Shown here one piece after another: positions 31,205-39,724 of a stretch of DNA of 64,000 nt. The stretch is from Candidatus Cloacimonadota bacterium (lineage in GTDB: Bacteria; Cloacimonadota; Cloacimonadia; Cloacimonadales; JAIOQZ01). The stretch is from NCBI GenBank assembly GCA_021108395.1, contig JAIOQZ010000032.1:4575-68574 (forward strand). Direction: 5' to 3'. Below the pieces are notes generated by a model. The model ran no database searches and was not told the DNA's origin. It saw nothing but the letters and a program-made list of their open reading frames with translations. Position numbers and translations under genes: made by a program. How positions within the stretch are numbered: the stretch's first letter is position 1; each line of letters begins with the position of its first letter.

Positions 31205-31412
31205 CGAAGTCAGCAAACTGCGTTTTGTGTTTGCTTTATGAAAAGCAAATCAGAGATAGCTTGAGTTAAACTGAGGGTGAATGCGTATTGTAATACGCTG
31301 AATCCCTGAAGTTTAGCTCAAGATGCTCTGACCTGTATCCTGAAGATAACAAAATGGCAAAGAGAGATTGCAATGAGTAATTACATACTGAAACAGTTTA
31401 GTCAACAGCCTG
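31194..31412. mobile_element. Putative 219-bp MITE (IS1182/IS5-like ends) at the xdhA/xdhC junction
   Basis: AT-rich segment with imperfect TIRs CAGTTTGCTGACGAA / CAGGCTGTTGACTAA (11/15 match), flanked by ACAT/CCAT. Removing it restores an ATGA stop/start overlap with an AAAGGA RBS. Confidence 0.7.
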
Positions 31413-31414
31413 CC

Positions 31415-31885
31415 ATGATAGACATCAGCTTCACGCTCAACGGCGAGACAACGACCATCACCACCGACCCGCTGCGCCGCCTGCTCGACATCCTGCGCGA
31501 CGACCTGGGCTTAACCGGCACAAAGGAAGGCTGCGGCGAGGGTGAATGCGGCGCCTGCACCGTGCTGCTGGACGGCAAGCCCGTCACCTCGTGCATCGTG
31601 AACGCAGTGGCGGTGCATGGCCACGATGTCACCACCATCGAAGGCGTCAGCGCCTCGCCCGACGGCCGCCTGTTGATTGACTGCCTGTACGAGGCCGAAG
31701 CGGTGCAGTGCGGGTTCTGCTTTCCGGGCATCGTCATGAGCGCACTGGCCTACATGCGCGCCGGGGGCATCGCCGACAACGAGCGCATCCGTGCCGCGCT
31801 GGCCGGAAATCTGTGCCGCTGCACTGGCTACGAGTTCATCGTGAAGGGGGTGGCAGAGGCCTGCCGCCGCTGGAGAGACCTATGA
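31415..31885 (+). CDS. xdhC: Xanthine dehydrogenase-family (2Fe-2S) small subunit
   Basis: GTKEGCGEGECGACTV, QCGFCFPG, GNLCRCTGY. An alternative in-frame ATG at 31373 lies inside the MITE. Confidence 0.93.
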   Translation: MIDISFTLNGETTTITTDPLRRLLDILRDDLGLTGTKEGCGEGECGACTVLLDGKPVTSCIVNAVAVHGHDVTTIEGVSASPDGRLLIDCLYEAEAVQCGFCFPGIVMSALAYMRAGGIADNERIRAALAGNLCRCTGYEFIVKGVAEACRRWRDL

Positions 31886-32733
31886 ACACGCTCATCCCAG
31901 ACTCACTCGGCCAGTTGCTCGAACTACTGGCGGAGAATATCCCTGGTACCGAACTACTGGCTGGTGGCACCGACTTCAACGTCCAATGCCGCAAGGGCGT
32001 ATTGAACCCGAATCGCGTGCTCTGCATCGGGCATCTCGATGAACTGAAAGGCATTCGGCTGGACGGCGAACACCTGCGCCTGGGTGCGCTCACGACCTTT
32101 GCCGAAGTGGTTGCGAACGAGCTATTGCAAGGCCACGTACCGGATTTCTGTCGTGCTCTGGCTCACTTCGCCTCGCCGCCGGTGCGCAACCTGGCTACGT
32201 TAGGCGGCAATATCGCCAACGCCTCGCCCACCGCCGACAGCGTCCCGCCGTTGCTGGTGCGCCTGGCCAGTCTGGAGCTGCGCAGCGTTCGCGGTGTGCG
32301 CCAGTTGCCGCTGAACGAGTTCTTCACTGGCTACAAGCGCACCGCAATGGCCCAAGATGAACTCATCACCGCCGTGCTGCTGCCCGTGAACGCCGAGGAC
32401 GGCCTGCATTCATACTGGCGCAAGGTGGGCACACGGCGGGCGCTCACCATCGCCAAGCTCTCGCTGGCCGGCATGGGCCGCATCGAGAACGGCCAACTGT
32501 CCGAGTGCCGCCTGGCCGCCGGCGCCCTGAACGAGTACCCCCGCCGACTGACCGCCGTGGAGCAACACGCGCTTACCACGCCGCTGGCCGCCATCACCCG
32601 CGAAAGCCTGAACGAGGCTCTGCGCCGCGACATCACGCCCATCGACGACCTGCGCTCGGACGCCGACTATCGCTTCGAGACCTGCCTTAACCTGCTGCAA
32701 ACCTGCCTGCGCGACTGGAGTGACCATGCCTGA
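31882..32733 (+). CDS. xdhB: Xanthine dehydrogenase-family FAD-binding subunit
   Basis: LAGGTD, VRNLATLGGNIANASPTAD, PIDDLRSDADYR; ATGA overlap with xdhC. Confidence 0.92.
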   Translation: MNTLIPDSLGQLLELLAENIPGTELLAGGTDFNVQCRKGVLNPNRVLCIGHLDELKGIRLDGEHLRLGALTTFAEVVANELLQGHVPDFCRALAHFASPPVRNLATLGGNIANASPTADSVPPLLVRLASLELRSVRGVRQLPLNEFFTGYKRTAMAQDELITAVLLPVNAEDGLHSYWRKVGTRRALTIAKLSLAGMGRIENGQLSECRLAAGALNEYPRRLTAVEQHALTTPLAAITRESLNEALRRDITPIDDLRSDADYRFETCLNLLQTCLRDWSDHA

Positions 32734-33823
32734 CCTCTCCGTCAAATTATTCGGCCATACGTTGTCCAATCCCATCATGCCCGCTGCCGGGCCCAACTGC
32801 CGCGACGCCGCCATGCTGAAACGCGCTGCTGCGGGCGGCGCCGGCGCTCTGGTGATGAAAACCGTGTCGGTAAACCCGGCGCAGGTGCCCTTTCCCAACA
32901 TCATCGCTGCGGGCAGGCACAGTCTCTTGAACGCGGAGCTGTGGAGCGAGATTCCCGTCGAGCGTTACCTCGAACACGAATACGCAGCCGCCAAAGAGAC
33001 CGGCCTGATGCTCATCGCCAGTCTGGGCTACACCGCCACCGAGCTGGCCGCGCTGGGACCGCGCATCGAGGCCACCGGCTGCGTGGACGCGCTTGAATGC
33101 AGCGTTCACTACCTCGGCCAGAATCTTGCGCCGGTGGTGGAGGCCATGAGCGCATTGCGAGCAGTGGTGAGCTTGCCAATCATGGTCAAGGTGAGCCCGG
33201 CCATCGCCGACATCGCCGCGCTGGTGGAGGCGCTGGACGAGCACGTGGACGGCTACGCCGCCATCAACAGCCTCGGTCCCTGCCTCGACTTCGACCCCGT
33301 CACCGTGCACCCGAAGTTAGGCAGCGAGCACGGCTATGGCTGGCTTTCGGGCGATGCCGTGCTGCCGCTGGCGTTGCGCGTGGTGCATCAGCTTGCGCTG
33401 CATACCCGCAAGCCCATTCTGGGAGTGGGAGGCGTGAGCGCCGGGGTGGACGCCGTGAAGATGCTCATGGCCGGAGCCACCGCCGTGCAGGTTTGCTCTG
33501 CCGCCATCCGCGAGGGGCAGGGCGTCTATGGGCGCATCGCCGGCGAGATGGACACCTGGTTGGCCGACAACAGCTATGCCGCCGTGCGCGACATCATCGG
33601 CCTCTATGCCAGGGGCAATCAGCCCCTCACCCGCGAGCTGCGCCGTCCCGAGCTGGATCGCAAGCTCTGCTCGCGCTGCGGAATTTGCGTGAAGGCCTGC
33701 ATCCACAACGCCGTCGAGACCGACGCCGACAACTGGCCGGTGCACACCACGCGGTGCCTGGGTTGCGGCTACTGCGTTTCGGTATGCCCGAAGGGAGCGC
33801 TGAGACAGGAGCGCTGCCCCTGA
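32726..33823 (+). CDS. Dihydroorotate/dihydropyrimidine dehydrogenase-like FMN enzyme with C-terminal 2x[4Fe-4S] ferredoxin
   Basis: NPIMPAAGP, VMKT, MVKVSP, AINS, GWLSG, GVGGV, MAGATAVQVCS; CxxCxxCxxxC twice. Confidence 0.85.
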   Translation: MPDLSVKLFGHTLSNPIMPAAGPNCRDAAMLKRAAAGGAGALVMKTVSVNPAQVPFPNIIAAGRHSLLNAELWSEIPVERYLEHEYAAAKETGLMLIASLGYTATELAALGPRIEATGCVDALECSVHYLGQNLAPVVEAMSALRAVVSLPIMVKVSPAIADIAALVEALDEHVDGYAAINSLGPCLDFDPVTVHPKLGSEHGYGWLSGDAVLPLALRVVHQLALHTRKPILGVGGVSAGVDAVKMLMAGATAVQVCSAAIREGQGVYGRIAGEMDTWLADNSYAAVRDIIGLYARGNQPLTRELRRPELDRKLCSRCGICVKACIHNAVETDADNWPVHTTRCLGCGYCVSVCPKGALRQERCP

Positions 33824-33879
33824 CACCCTTAGAAGCCGATTTTCGCAAGCGAGACCAAAAACTTTGCAAGAAGGTGAGC
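33806..33879. repeat. Modular hairpin repeat family, degenerate copy D overlapping the stop codon
   Basis: caggagcgctgcccctgacacccttagaag...gagaccaaaaact matches the start of copy E (cagggacgctgctcctgacatccttagaag...gagaccaaaaact). Confidence 0.7.
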
Positions 33880-33890
33880 ATTCAAACATA

Positions 33891-33921
33891 AAGAAGCCCC
33901 GGCGCTACCGGGGCTTCTTCT
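33891..33921. terminator. Likely bidirectional terminator between convergent operons
   Basis: AAGAAGCCCCGG-cgcta-CCGGGGCTTCTT. Confidence 0.75.
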
Positions 33922-33935
33922 TGCATAGCAGTTGT

Positions 33936-36900
33936 CTATTTCAGCAGCACCATGCGGCGGACAAGCGTCTCGCCACCGGTGCGCAGGCGATACAGATACA
34001 CACCCGATCCCACCTCGCGTCCAGCGTCGTCACGGCCCTGCCACACGATCTCGTGGCGGCCTGCCTCGAAGGCCTCGTCAGCGAGAGTGGCTATGCGCTG
34101 TCCCCGCAGGTTGTATACACACAGTGTGCTATGAGCGGGTTCAGCAAGGCTGAAGGCGATGGTCGTCGTGGGGTTGAACGGATTGGGCCAGTTCTGTTCG
34201 AGCGCGAAGGCGGCGGCCGGCGTTTCGTTGTCGCCGTTGCCCACATAGGGGTCGGGCGGGTCGGTGGTGAAGCGCATGGCGAGCCCTGGCGCGAGCGGCG
34301 TGGCCGAAGCCGGGTAATGATTGGCGTAGGTGTAGAGCAGTCCGTCCTGATGACCGGCTCCCTGGATGCCGACTGTGCAGAAGTTGCGGCCAGTGTCGGG
34401 GTTATCTACGGTATGATACTGGAAGACGATGTCGCCGTCTTCTCCAGCGCGAGGTTCGAGGATTGCCTCGAAGCGCTCTATCGAGGTGTTGTTGCACTGG
34501 TTATAGGCGTCGTTCCACTGAATGACGAAGTTCCCCTCTGCGGTGTCGTGCCAGGTGACGAGCCGGATGTCATCGACGACAGAGTCGTGCACCAGACCCT
34601 TGAGATCGTCCCAGTAGGGGGCGATGAGGGCATCGGGGCCCAGCGCAGCGGGGATGTTCCAGTTACGGAAGTTAATCTGCCAGGTTTCGCCCATGGCGAT
34701 CCAGCCGTTCGAGCAGACGGTAATCTGGTCGTAGTCCTGTCCGTAATAGCGGAAGGTGAACGGCAGGTCGAGCGTTTGGGACACGTCGTCGCCCATGAGT
34801 ATGACACTGCCGGGGCCGCCCTCGTCGGGGTCGATGACGTGCCAGTCGTAGGTGGGAGCTTCATCCCAGTCGTTGTCGTTGTTGTCGTAGCAGTAATAGC
34901 CGTAGTTGTCGGGACCGGTGGGCGCTGTGTTGTCCACTTCGCCGATTACGAGATAGGCGTAGGCGAAGTCGCTGCGGTCGGCGTCGTCGGTGACGGTGGC
35001 CTGAAGGCGGCCGTTGCGGCCGGGATAGGCATCGGCGGCAGCTTCGACACTGAATGTAACCTGCGCTGTCTCACCCGGCGCGATTGTGCCGGCGGCGACT
35101 TCGGCGGTGTGTACCGTGAGCGCTGTGGTGGAGGGCAGCAGGGTCACGGTCGCATCGGTGGCGGTCATCGTGCCGATGTTGGCCACTTCAAGGACGATGT
35201 CGGCTGTTTCGCCGGGGTCGAGAACGCCGTTGCCGCCGTCGTTCACTGTCGTGCTGACGACCTCGAACAGCAGGCTGGTGACCGGGATGTCGAGCTTGGC
35301 CACCTCGCCGGTCGAGAAATCGAGCTGCATGATGATGGTCTCGCCATCGGGACAGTCGGCGTCGATACCGAATGTCTGGGCGGCATCGGCGGAGGCGTCG
35401 GCGGCCACAGCGCCGAACTCGAAGCTGCCGCCCGCGCCGGTGAACCAGGGCGAACCGCTGCTGAGGGTGGCGGTGAGGTTGGCGATGTCGTCTCCGTAGT
35501 TGGTGGCGGTGAGCGTGAGCTCCGGTGCGCCGCCTGCGACCATGCCGTCCACGCTCCAGCCGGTAATGCCCACGGCGTCCGACTCGACCACGGTGATGGT
35601 TCGCATGCGCGGGATGTAATACTTGTTCCACACGGTCACTTCGATGTCGCCGGGTTCTTGCGTGTCCAGCGGCAGAATCACGGTTCCGCCATAGCTCTGA
35701 ACGCGGGTGAACTCGATCATGTCGCGGGTGGCGGTGACGACCGTGCCGGACGGCAGGTTGTCGAACTGCAGATAGTTAGTTCCCTGCGGTACGCTGCCGG
35801 GGATGCTGGCGTAAATCTGCGGAGGGGTGCGCACCCACATGTTCAGCGACGGGTCGGTGAGGATGTTATAGACCCAGAAGTAGAACTCTACCTGGCCGCT
35901 TGATTCGAGGTCGTTGGGATAGTTGTTGTAGAGCTCGGCCTTGCCGCGCAGCACGGCGGCGCCGAACGAGCGCACTCCCTCGTGGAAGATGCTGTGGTAC
36001 AGCCCGGAGCTGATGGCGTTGTTCTTCTCGGTGCTGGTGTGCAGGTCGGAGGGGCCGACAAAGGCCACGCATCCGTTAGGCTCGCTGGGCGAACCCATGC
36101 GCATCCACACCTCGCCGAAGCAGGCGTTCGAGTTGGCCGTGTTGGCGAAGTCACCCGTGTTGCACACAATCGAGGTGACGATGGGCATCTTGTCGCCGCT
36201 GGTTGTCGCCTGGGCGTTGGCGCTGTGAAAGATGGGGTAGTGCCAGCCGTCTGCGGCGCCCCAGCCGCGATAGCTGGCGAACTGCACGCCGTTGTTGATG
36301 GCAGTGGCAATCTGCGTGGTGCCGGGGAACGTGGGCGGGTAGAACACCGTGTCCACCTGCGCATAGCCATAATCGACCATCTGGTCGTGCAGCCAGCGGG
36401 ACATCAGCACAGGGGTGACGGGGATGGGCGGGCTGTCGCTGTGATTGCCGGCCACCACGAGCGTTCGCTCCATCCAGTCGCCCACTTCGGGTTCCATCTC
36501 ATAGCTCATTATCTTGCGGGTGATGACCAGAAAGTGGTAGAGCGAGCTGATGCTGATGCGGCCGGCGATCATCTCGGGCAGATAGTCGTCACCCTTGATG
36601 AGCGTGTAGCTCAGATCGGCCACGTTGCTCTCGGAGGTTGTATAAAACGAAGGTATGGTGAACGTGCCGATTACGTCGCCGATGAGCAGAAGATAGTCGG
36701 GCTTGTTCTCGGCGTTGTTATAGAAATCGACAATCCAGTCCTTGATTTCTGAAGAATTGGTCGAGATGTCCTCGATGTTGGCCGTCGAGATTTGCATCCC
36801 GCGGGAACGCTTCCACGCCATGAAGGGCTGCATCATAGTGTCGAGCTGCTGATGCCCGATGATGAGCATGTGGGGAACGCTGATTGGCAGGTTGGGCAGG

Positions 36901-37373
36901 TAGCTGGTCTCGTAGTTGGCCGCCATGTTGCGATAGACCGGTATGAATGCCTCCGAGACGGTTGTGGGCATCTCGAAGCCGCCGAGCGGTTGCAGCTCGA
37001 AGTCAACCTCGAGGATGCGGCTGACGCCTGCGGGCGTGTCGCGCTCCATCTCGAGGCGGACGGTGAAGCCCTGCATCTCGCGCATCACGAAGCTATTCGA
37101 GATGACTACGCGGCTGGGATCGACCTCGAAGCTGGTCGAGAGCTGGTTGCCGTTGCTGTCGTAGGTGGCGGCGCTCATCGAATGAATGACCACCTCGGCG
37201 TCGGCGGCGGGGATGGCCACGGTTTTCTGAATCACGGGCGCTGTGGCCTGCGTTTGCGTTCGCACAATCATATGCACTGCGTCGCCCTCGTTGGCGCATT
37301 CAAAGGCCGGCAGCGCTGCCAACCCCCAAGCTGCCGCGAGCACGGCCAGGATTATCATCAGTCGTTTCATCAT
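33936..37373 (-). CDS. Gingipain-like peptidase C25 family protein with propeptide, Ig-like domains and C-terminal sorting domain
   Basis: WKRSRG, YLLLIGD, GDDYLPEMIAGRIS, SYRGWG, SIVCNTG, CFGEVW, YNILTDPSL; NWPNPFNP tail; GGAGG RBS. Confidence 0.9.
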   Translation of the reverse strand: MMKRLMIILAVLAAAWGLAALPAFECANEGDAVHMIVRTQTQATAPVIQKTVAIPAADAEVVIHSMSAATYDSNGNQLSTSFEVDPSRVVISNSFVMREMQGFTVRLEMERDTPAGVSRILEVDFELQPLGGFEMPTTVSEAFIPVYRNMAANYETSYLPNLPISVPHMLIIGHQQLDTMMQPFMAWKRSRGMQISTANIEDISTNSSEIKDWIVDFYNNAENKPDYLLLIGDVIGTFTIPSFYTTSESNVADLSYTLIKGDDYLPEMIAGRISISSLYHFLVITRKIMSYEMEPEVGDWMERTLVVAGNHSDSPPIPVTPVLMSRWLHDQMVDYGYAQVDTVFYPPTFPGTTQIATAINNGVQFASYRGWGAADGWHYPIFHSANAQATTSGDKMPIVTSIVCNTGDFANTANSNACFGEVWMRMGSPSEPNGCVAFVGPSDLHTSTEKNNAISSGLYHSIFHEGVRSFGAAVLRGKAELYNNYPNDLESSGQVEFYFWVYNILTDPSLNMWVRTPPQIYASIPGSVPQGTNYLQFDNLPSGTVVTATRDMIEFTRVQSYGGTVILPLDTQEPGDIEVTVWNKYYIPRMRTITVVESDAVGITGWSVDGMVAGGAPELTLTATNYGDDIANLTATLSSGSPWFTGAGGSFEFGAVAADASADAAQTFGIDADCPDGETIIMQLDFSTGEVAKLDIPVTSLLFEVVSTTVNDGGNGVLDPGETADIVLEVANIGTMTATDATVTLLPSTTALTVHTAEVAAGTIAPGETAQVTFSVEAAADAYPGRNGRLQATVTDDADRSDFAYAYLVIGEVDNTAPTGPDNYGYYCYDNNDNDWDEAPTYDWHVIDPDEGGPGSVILMGDDVSQTLDLPFTFRYYGQDYDQITVCSNGWIAMGETWQINFRNWNIPAALGPDALIAPYWDDLKGLVHDSVVDDIRLVTWHDTAEGNFVIQWNDAYNQCNNTSIERFEAILEPRAGEDGDIVFQYHTVDNPDTGRNFCTVGIQGAGHQDGLLYTYANHYPASATPLAPGLAMRFTTDPPDPYVGNGDNETPAAAFALEQNWPNPFNPTTTIAFSLAEPAHSTLCVYNLRGQRIATLADEAFEAGRHEIVWQGRDDAGREVGSGVYLYRLRTGGETLVRRMVLLK

Positions 37374-37398
37374 TCCTCCAATAGAGTATATCACTTGA

Positions 37399-39711
37399 TT
37401 ATTTCAACAGGCAGGCCTTGCGAGCCGGATAATCGACACCGTTCACGCGCAGGCGATAAAGATATACGCCGCTGGCCTGGCCGGCTGCGTTCCAGCGCAC
37501 TTCGCCGGAGCGTCTTTCCGTCTCGCCCAGGGGCAGCACGTCAACCAGAGCGCCACGAACGTTGTACACCCGCAACTCGGCTTCGTGTGCTTCGGCGCCG
37601 AGGCTGAAGCGAAAGGTCGTCTCTGGATTGAATGGATTGGGGTAGTTGCCATTCAATCTGGTGTAGGCTGGCTGCCCTGGGTCGTCAGGTGCGGCGGATA
37701 GGACTGCGTCTCCGCCCGAAACGAGCAGGTTGTCGATGGTCCAGCCCGGATCGACCAGACGTTCATCGGGGCTGTCGTCGGTGAGCCGGAAGCGCAGATA
37801 CAGGCTCTGGCCGATGTAATCGTCGAGCGAGACCAGCCGCCTGTTCCAGGTGTCGTGCTTGCCGGACACCTCGTAGATGGTTGTCCAATTCTGGCCGTCT
37901 GTGGACACGCAGAGCGTGCACATATCCCAGTCAGGCTCGGTATAGACGTGCTCCCACCACTCGATGGAGGCGTGAGCCAGCCCTGCGGGGATGTTCACGA
38001 GCTCGGTGGTGGTGATGTTCACGTCGCAGTACTGTGCATAGAAGCCATAGCCGCCCCAACTGTCGGTGATGGCTGTTCCTTCCATCGCCAGTTCATCTAT
38101 GAACTGCCAGGGGCCGTCGAGAGTGAAACCGCAGACGTAGGCGTCGTCGAAGTTCTCGCCGAAGATGACGGTGGCGGGGTCGAGGGAGATGTCCAGCTCA
38201 TGATTGCCGGGCGTTACCGCCAGCGGCTGTTGCAGGCGCGTGTAGCCGTCACACCATGCCTCGATTGTGTAATCGCCCTCCCAGAGGGTGAAGTCGATTT
38301 GCCCGGCGGTCACCTCGAAGCTTTCGCTGCCGTGTTCTCCACTCAACACCAGAGTGCCGTTTATGGACGTACCAGCGCTATCGGTGAGACTGCCGGTGTA
38401 GTGCGCCGCGCTCAGCGGCTGCAGTTCGATCAGGTAGTCCTGCGACCAGCCGGAGGGGTTCACCACCACGCTTTGGGTGTGGGTGACGTAGCCGGGCTTT
38501 CTTATCGTGAGTGTGTAGGTACCTTGCGGCACCGGACGCCAGAAACGGCCGTGCGGTTCGTCGGTGAGGCGCGGCTCGAAGTAGGGCGAGACGCGCTCTT
38601 CGAGAATCACTTCGGCTACGAGTGGCTCGCCGTTGGTGGCGTCCACCACGCGACCGCGCAGCATGGGGCTTATGTCGAGTACGCCGTTGAGCGTACGCTT
38701 CAACAGCCAGTTCATGCCCTGGTGATTGTTCAACACGATTTCGAACATCAACGTCGAGTCGGGCTGATTGCTCGACACCTCGATGGTGAGCTGGAACGTT
38801 CCCAGCGCAGCGTAGAACCACGGGGTTGACTTGCCGATGCGACCGGACGAAGGGCTGTATTCATAGTTGCCGGCGCTGCCCACTTTAGGGATACAACCCG
38901 CTACGTTCATGCCGATATGCTGCGAGATGTCGAAGTCGGGGCAGCGGCGGCTGGGTAGCTGATAGAACTCCCACGGGAAGAAGACCTTCTCGCTGAAGTT
39001 CCCCGTGCGCGAGCTGTGGAAGTTGATCGAATAGACGAAATGCTCGCGGCGACCCAGCGCGGCGATAGCGGTAGTGCCGCCTTCGCTGAACGGCGCGGGC
39101 CCGCGATAGTAGTCGAATTCCTCTTCGCCGTTGGTGCTGTAGAGCGTATCACCATGCACCCAGCCGAAGTCGTAGTTCCGGTTCGGATCAACGCCGTCGA
39201 TGTCGTTGCCGATGCTCGGGTCGAAGTCGAACACGCCGTTTTCATTGTTGTCGCGCTTGGTCTTGCGGAACGACACGTCGCCTTCGTACATCACCACGTG
39301 TATGCCTTCGGGATTGATGGTGGGCACGAACCATATCTCGAGGTCGCTGATGAACTGGCTGTAGGGCCACTGCGCCTGGCATTCGAGCAGGCGCTGCATA
39401 TAGTAGTACACCGCCTCGTTGCCGATTACCTCTTCGGCGTGGCACGAGCCTACGAAGAGGAGAGGCGGTTCGTCCTCGTCCACCTCGACGTTGTCCGAGA
39501 CCTTCATTCCCCAGATGGTGATAGGCTCCTGGTAGGCTGCGCCATTGGTCACGCCGATCGAATCGACCTTGCAGATGTCGGGATACTGCTGTTCCCAGGC
39601 GAACATGGCGTCCACCAGCTCCTCGTAGGTGTGCCAGAAAGCGGGCATGCACGTCTGCGCGGCCAGGCCGGCTGCCAGCGTCAGTATAGCGATGAGTAAG
39701 CGTAATCGCAA
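37399..39711 (-). CDS. Secreted M14 zinc carboxypeptidase with regulatory domains and C-terminal sorting domain
   Basis: HAEE zinc motif, INPEG, GVDPNRNY, GPAPFSE, INFHS; TTG start after GGAGG. Confidence 0.9.
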   Translation of the reverse strand: MRLRLLIAILTLAAGLAAQTCMPAFWHTYEELVDAMFAWEQQYPDICKVDSIGVTNGAAYQEPITIWGMKVSDNVEVDEDEPPLLFVGSCHAEEVIGNEAVYYYMQRLLECQAQWPYSQFISDLEIWFVPTINPEGIHVVMYEGDVSFRKTKRDNNENGVFDFDPSIGNDIDGVDPNRNYDFGWVHGDTLYSTNGEEEFDYYRGPAPFSEGGTTAIAALGRREHFVYSINFHSSRTGNFSEKVFFPWEFYQLPSRRCPDFDISQHIGMNVAGCIPKVGSAGNYEYSPSSGRIGKSTPWFYAALGTFQLTIEVSSNQPDSTLMFEIVLNNHQGMNWLLKRTLNGVLDISPMLRGRVVDATNGEPLVAEVILEERVSPYFEPRLTDEPHGRFWRPVPQGTYTLTIRKPGYVTHTQSVVVNPSGWSQDYLIELQPLSAAHYTGSLTDSAGTSINGTLVLSGEHGSESFEVTAGQIDFTLWEGDYTIEAWCDGYTRLQQPLAVTPGNHELDISLDPATVIFGENFDDAYVCGFTLDGPWQFIDELAMEGTAITDSWGGYGFYAQYCDVNITTTELVNIPAGLAHASIEWWEHVYTEPDWDMCTLCVSTDGQNWTTIYEVSGKHDTWNRRLVSLDDYIGQSLYLRFRLTDDSPDERLVDPGWTIDNLLVSGGDAVLSAAPDDPGQPAYTRLNGNYPNPFNPETTFRFSLGAEAHEAELRVYNVRGALVDVLPLGETERRSGEVRWNAAGQASGVYLYRLRVNGVDYPARKACLLK

Positions 39712-39724
39712 GTTGCCTCCCTGG

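Noticed and set aside
31202-31265. Selenocysteine readthrough of the xdhA TGA with a SECIS-like hairpin
   Set aside because: The TGA follows the complete domain, lies within the MITE end hairpin, and readthrough meets another stop about 20 codons later.
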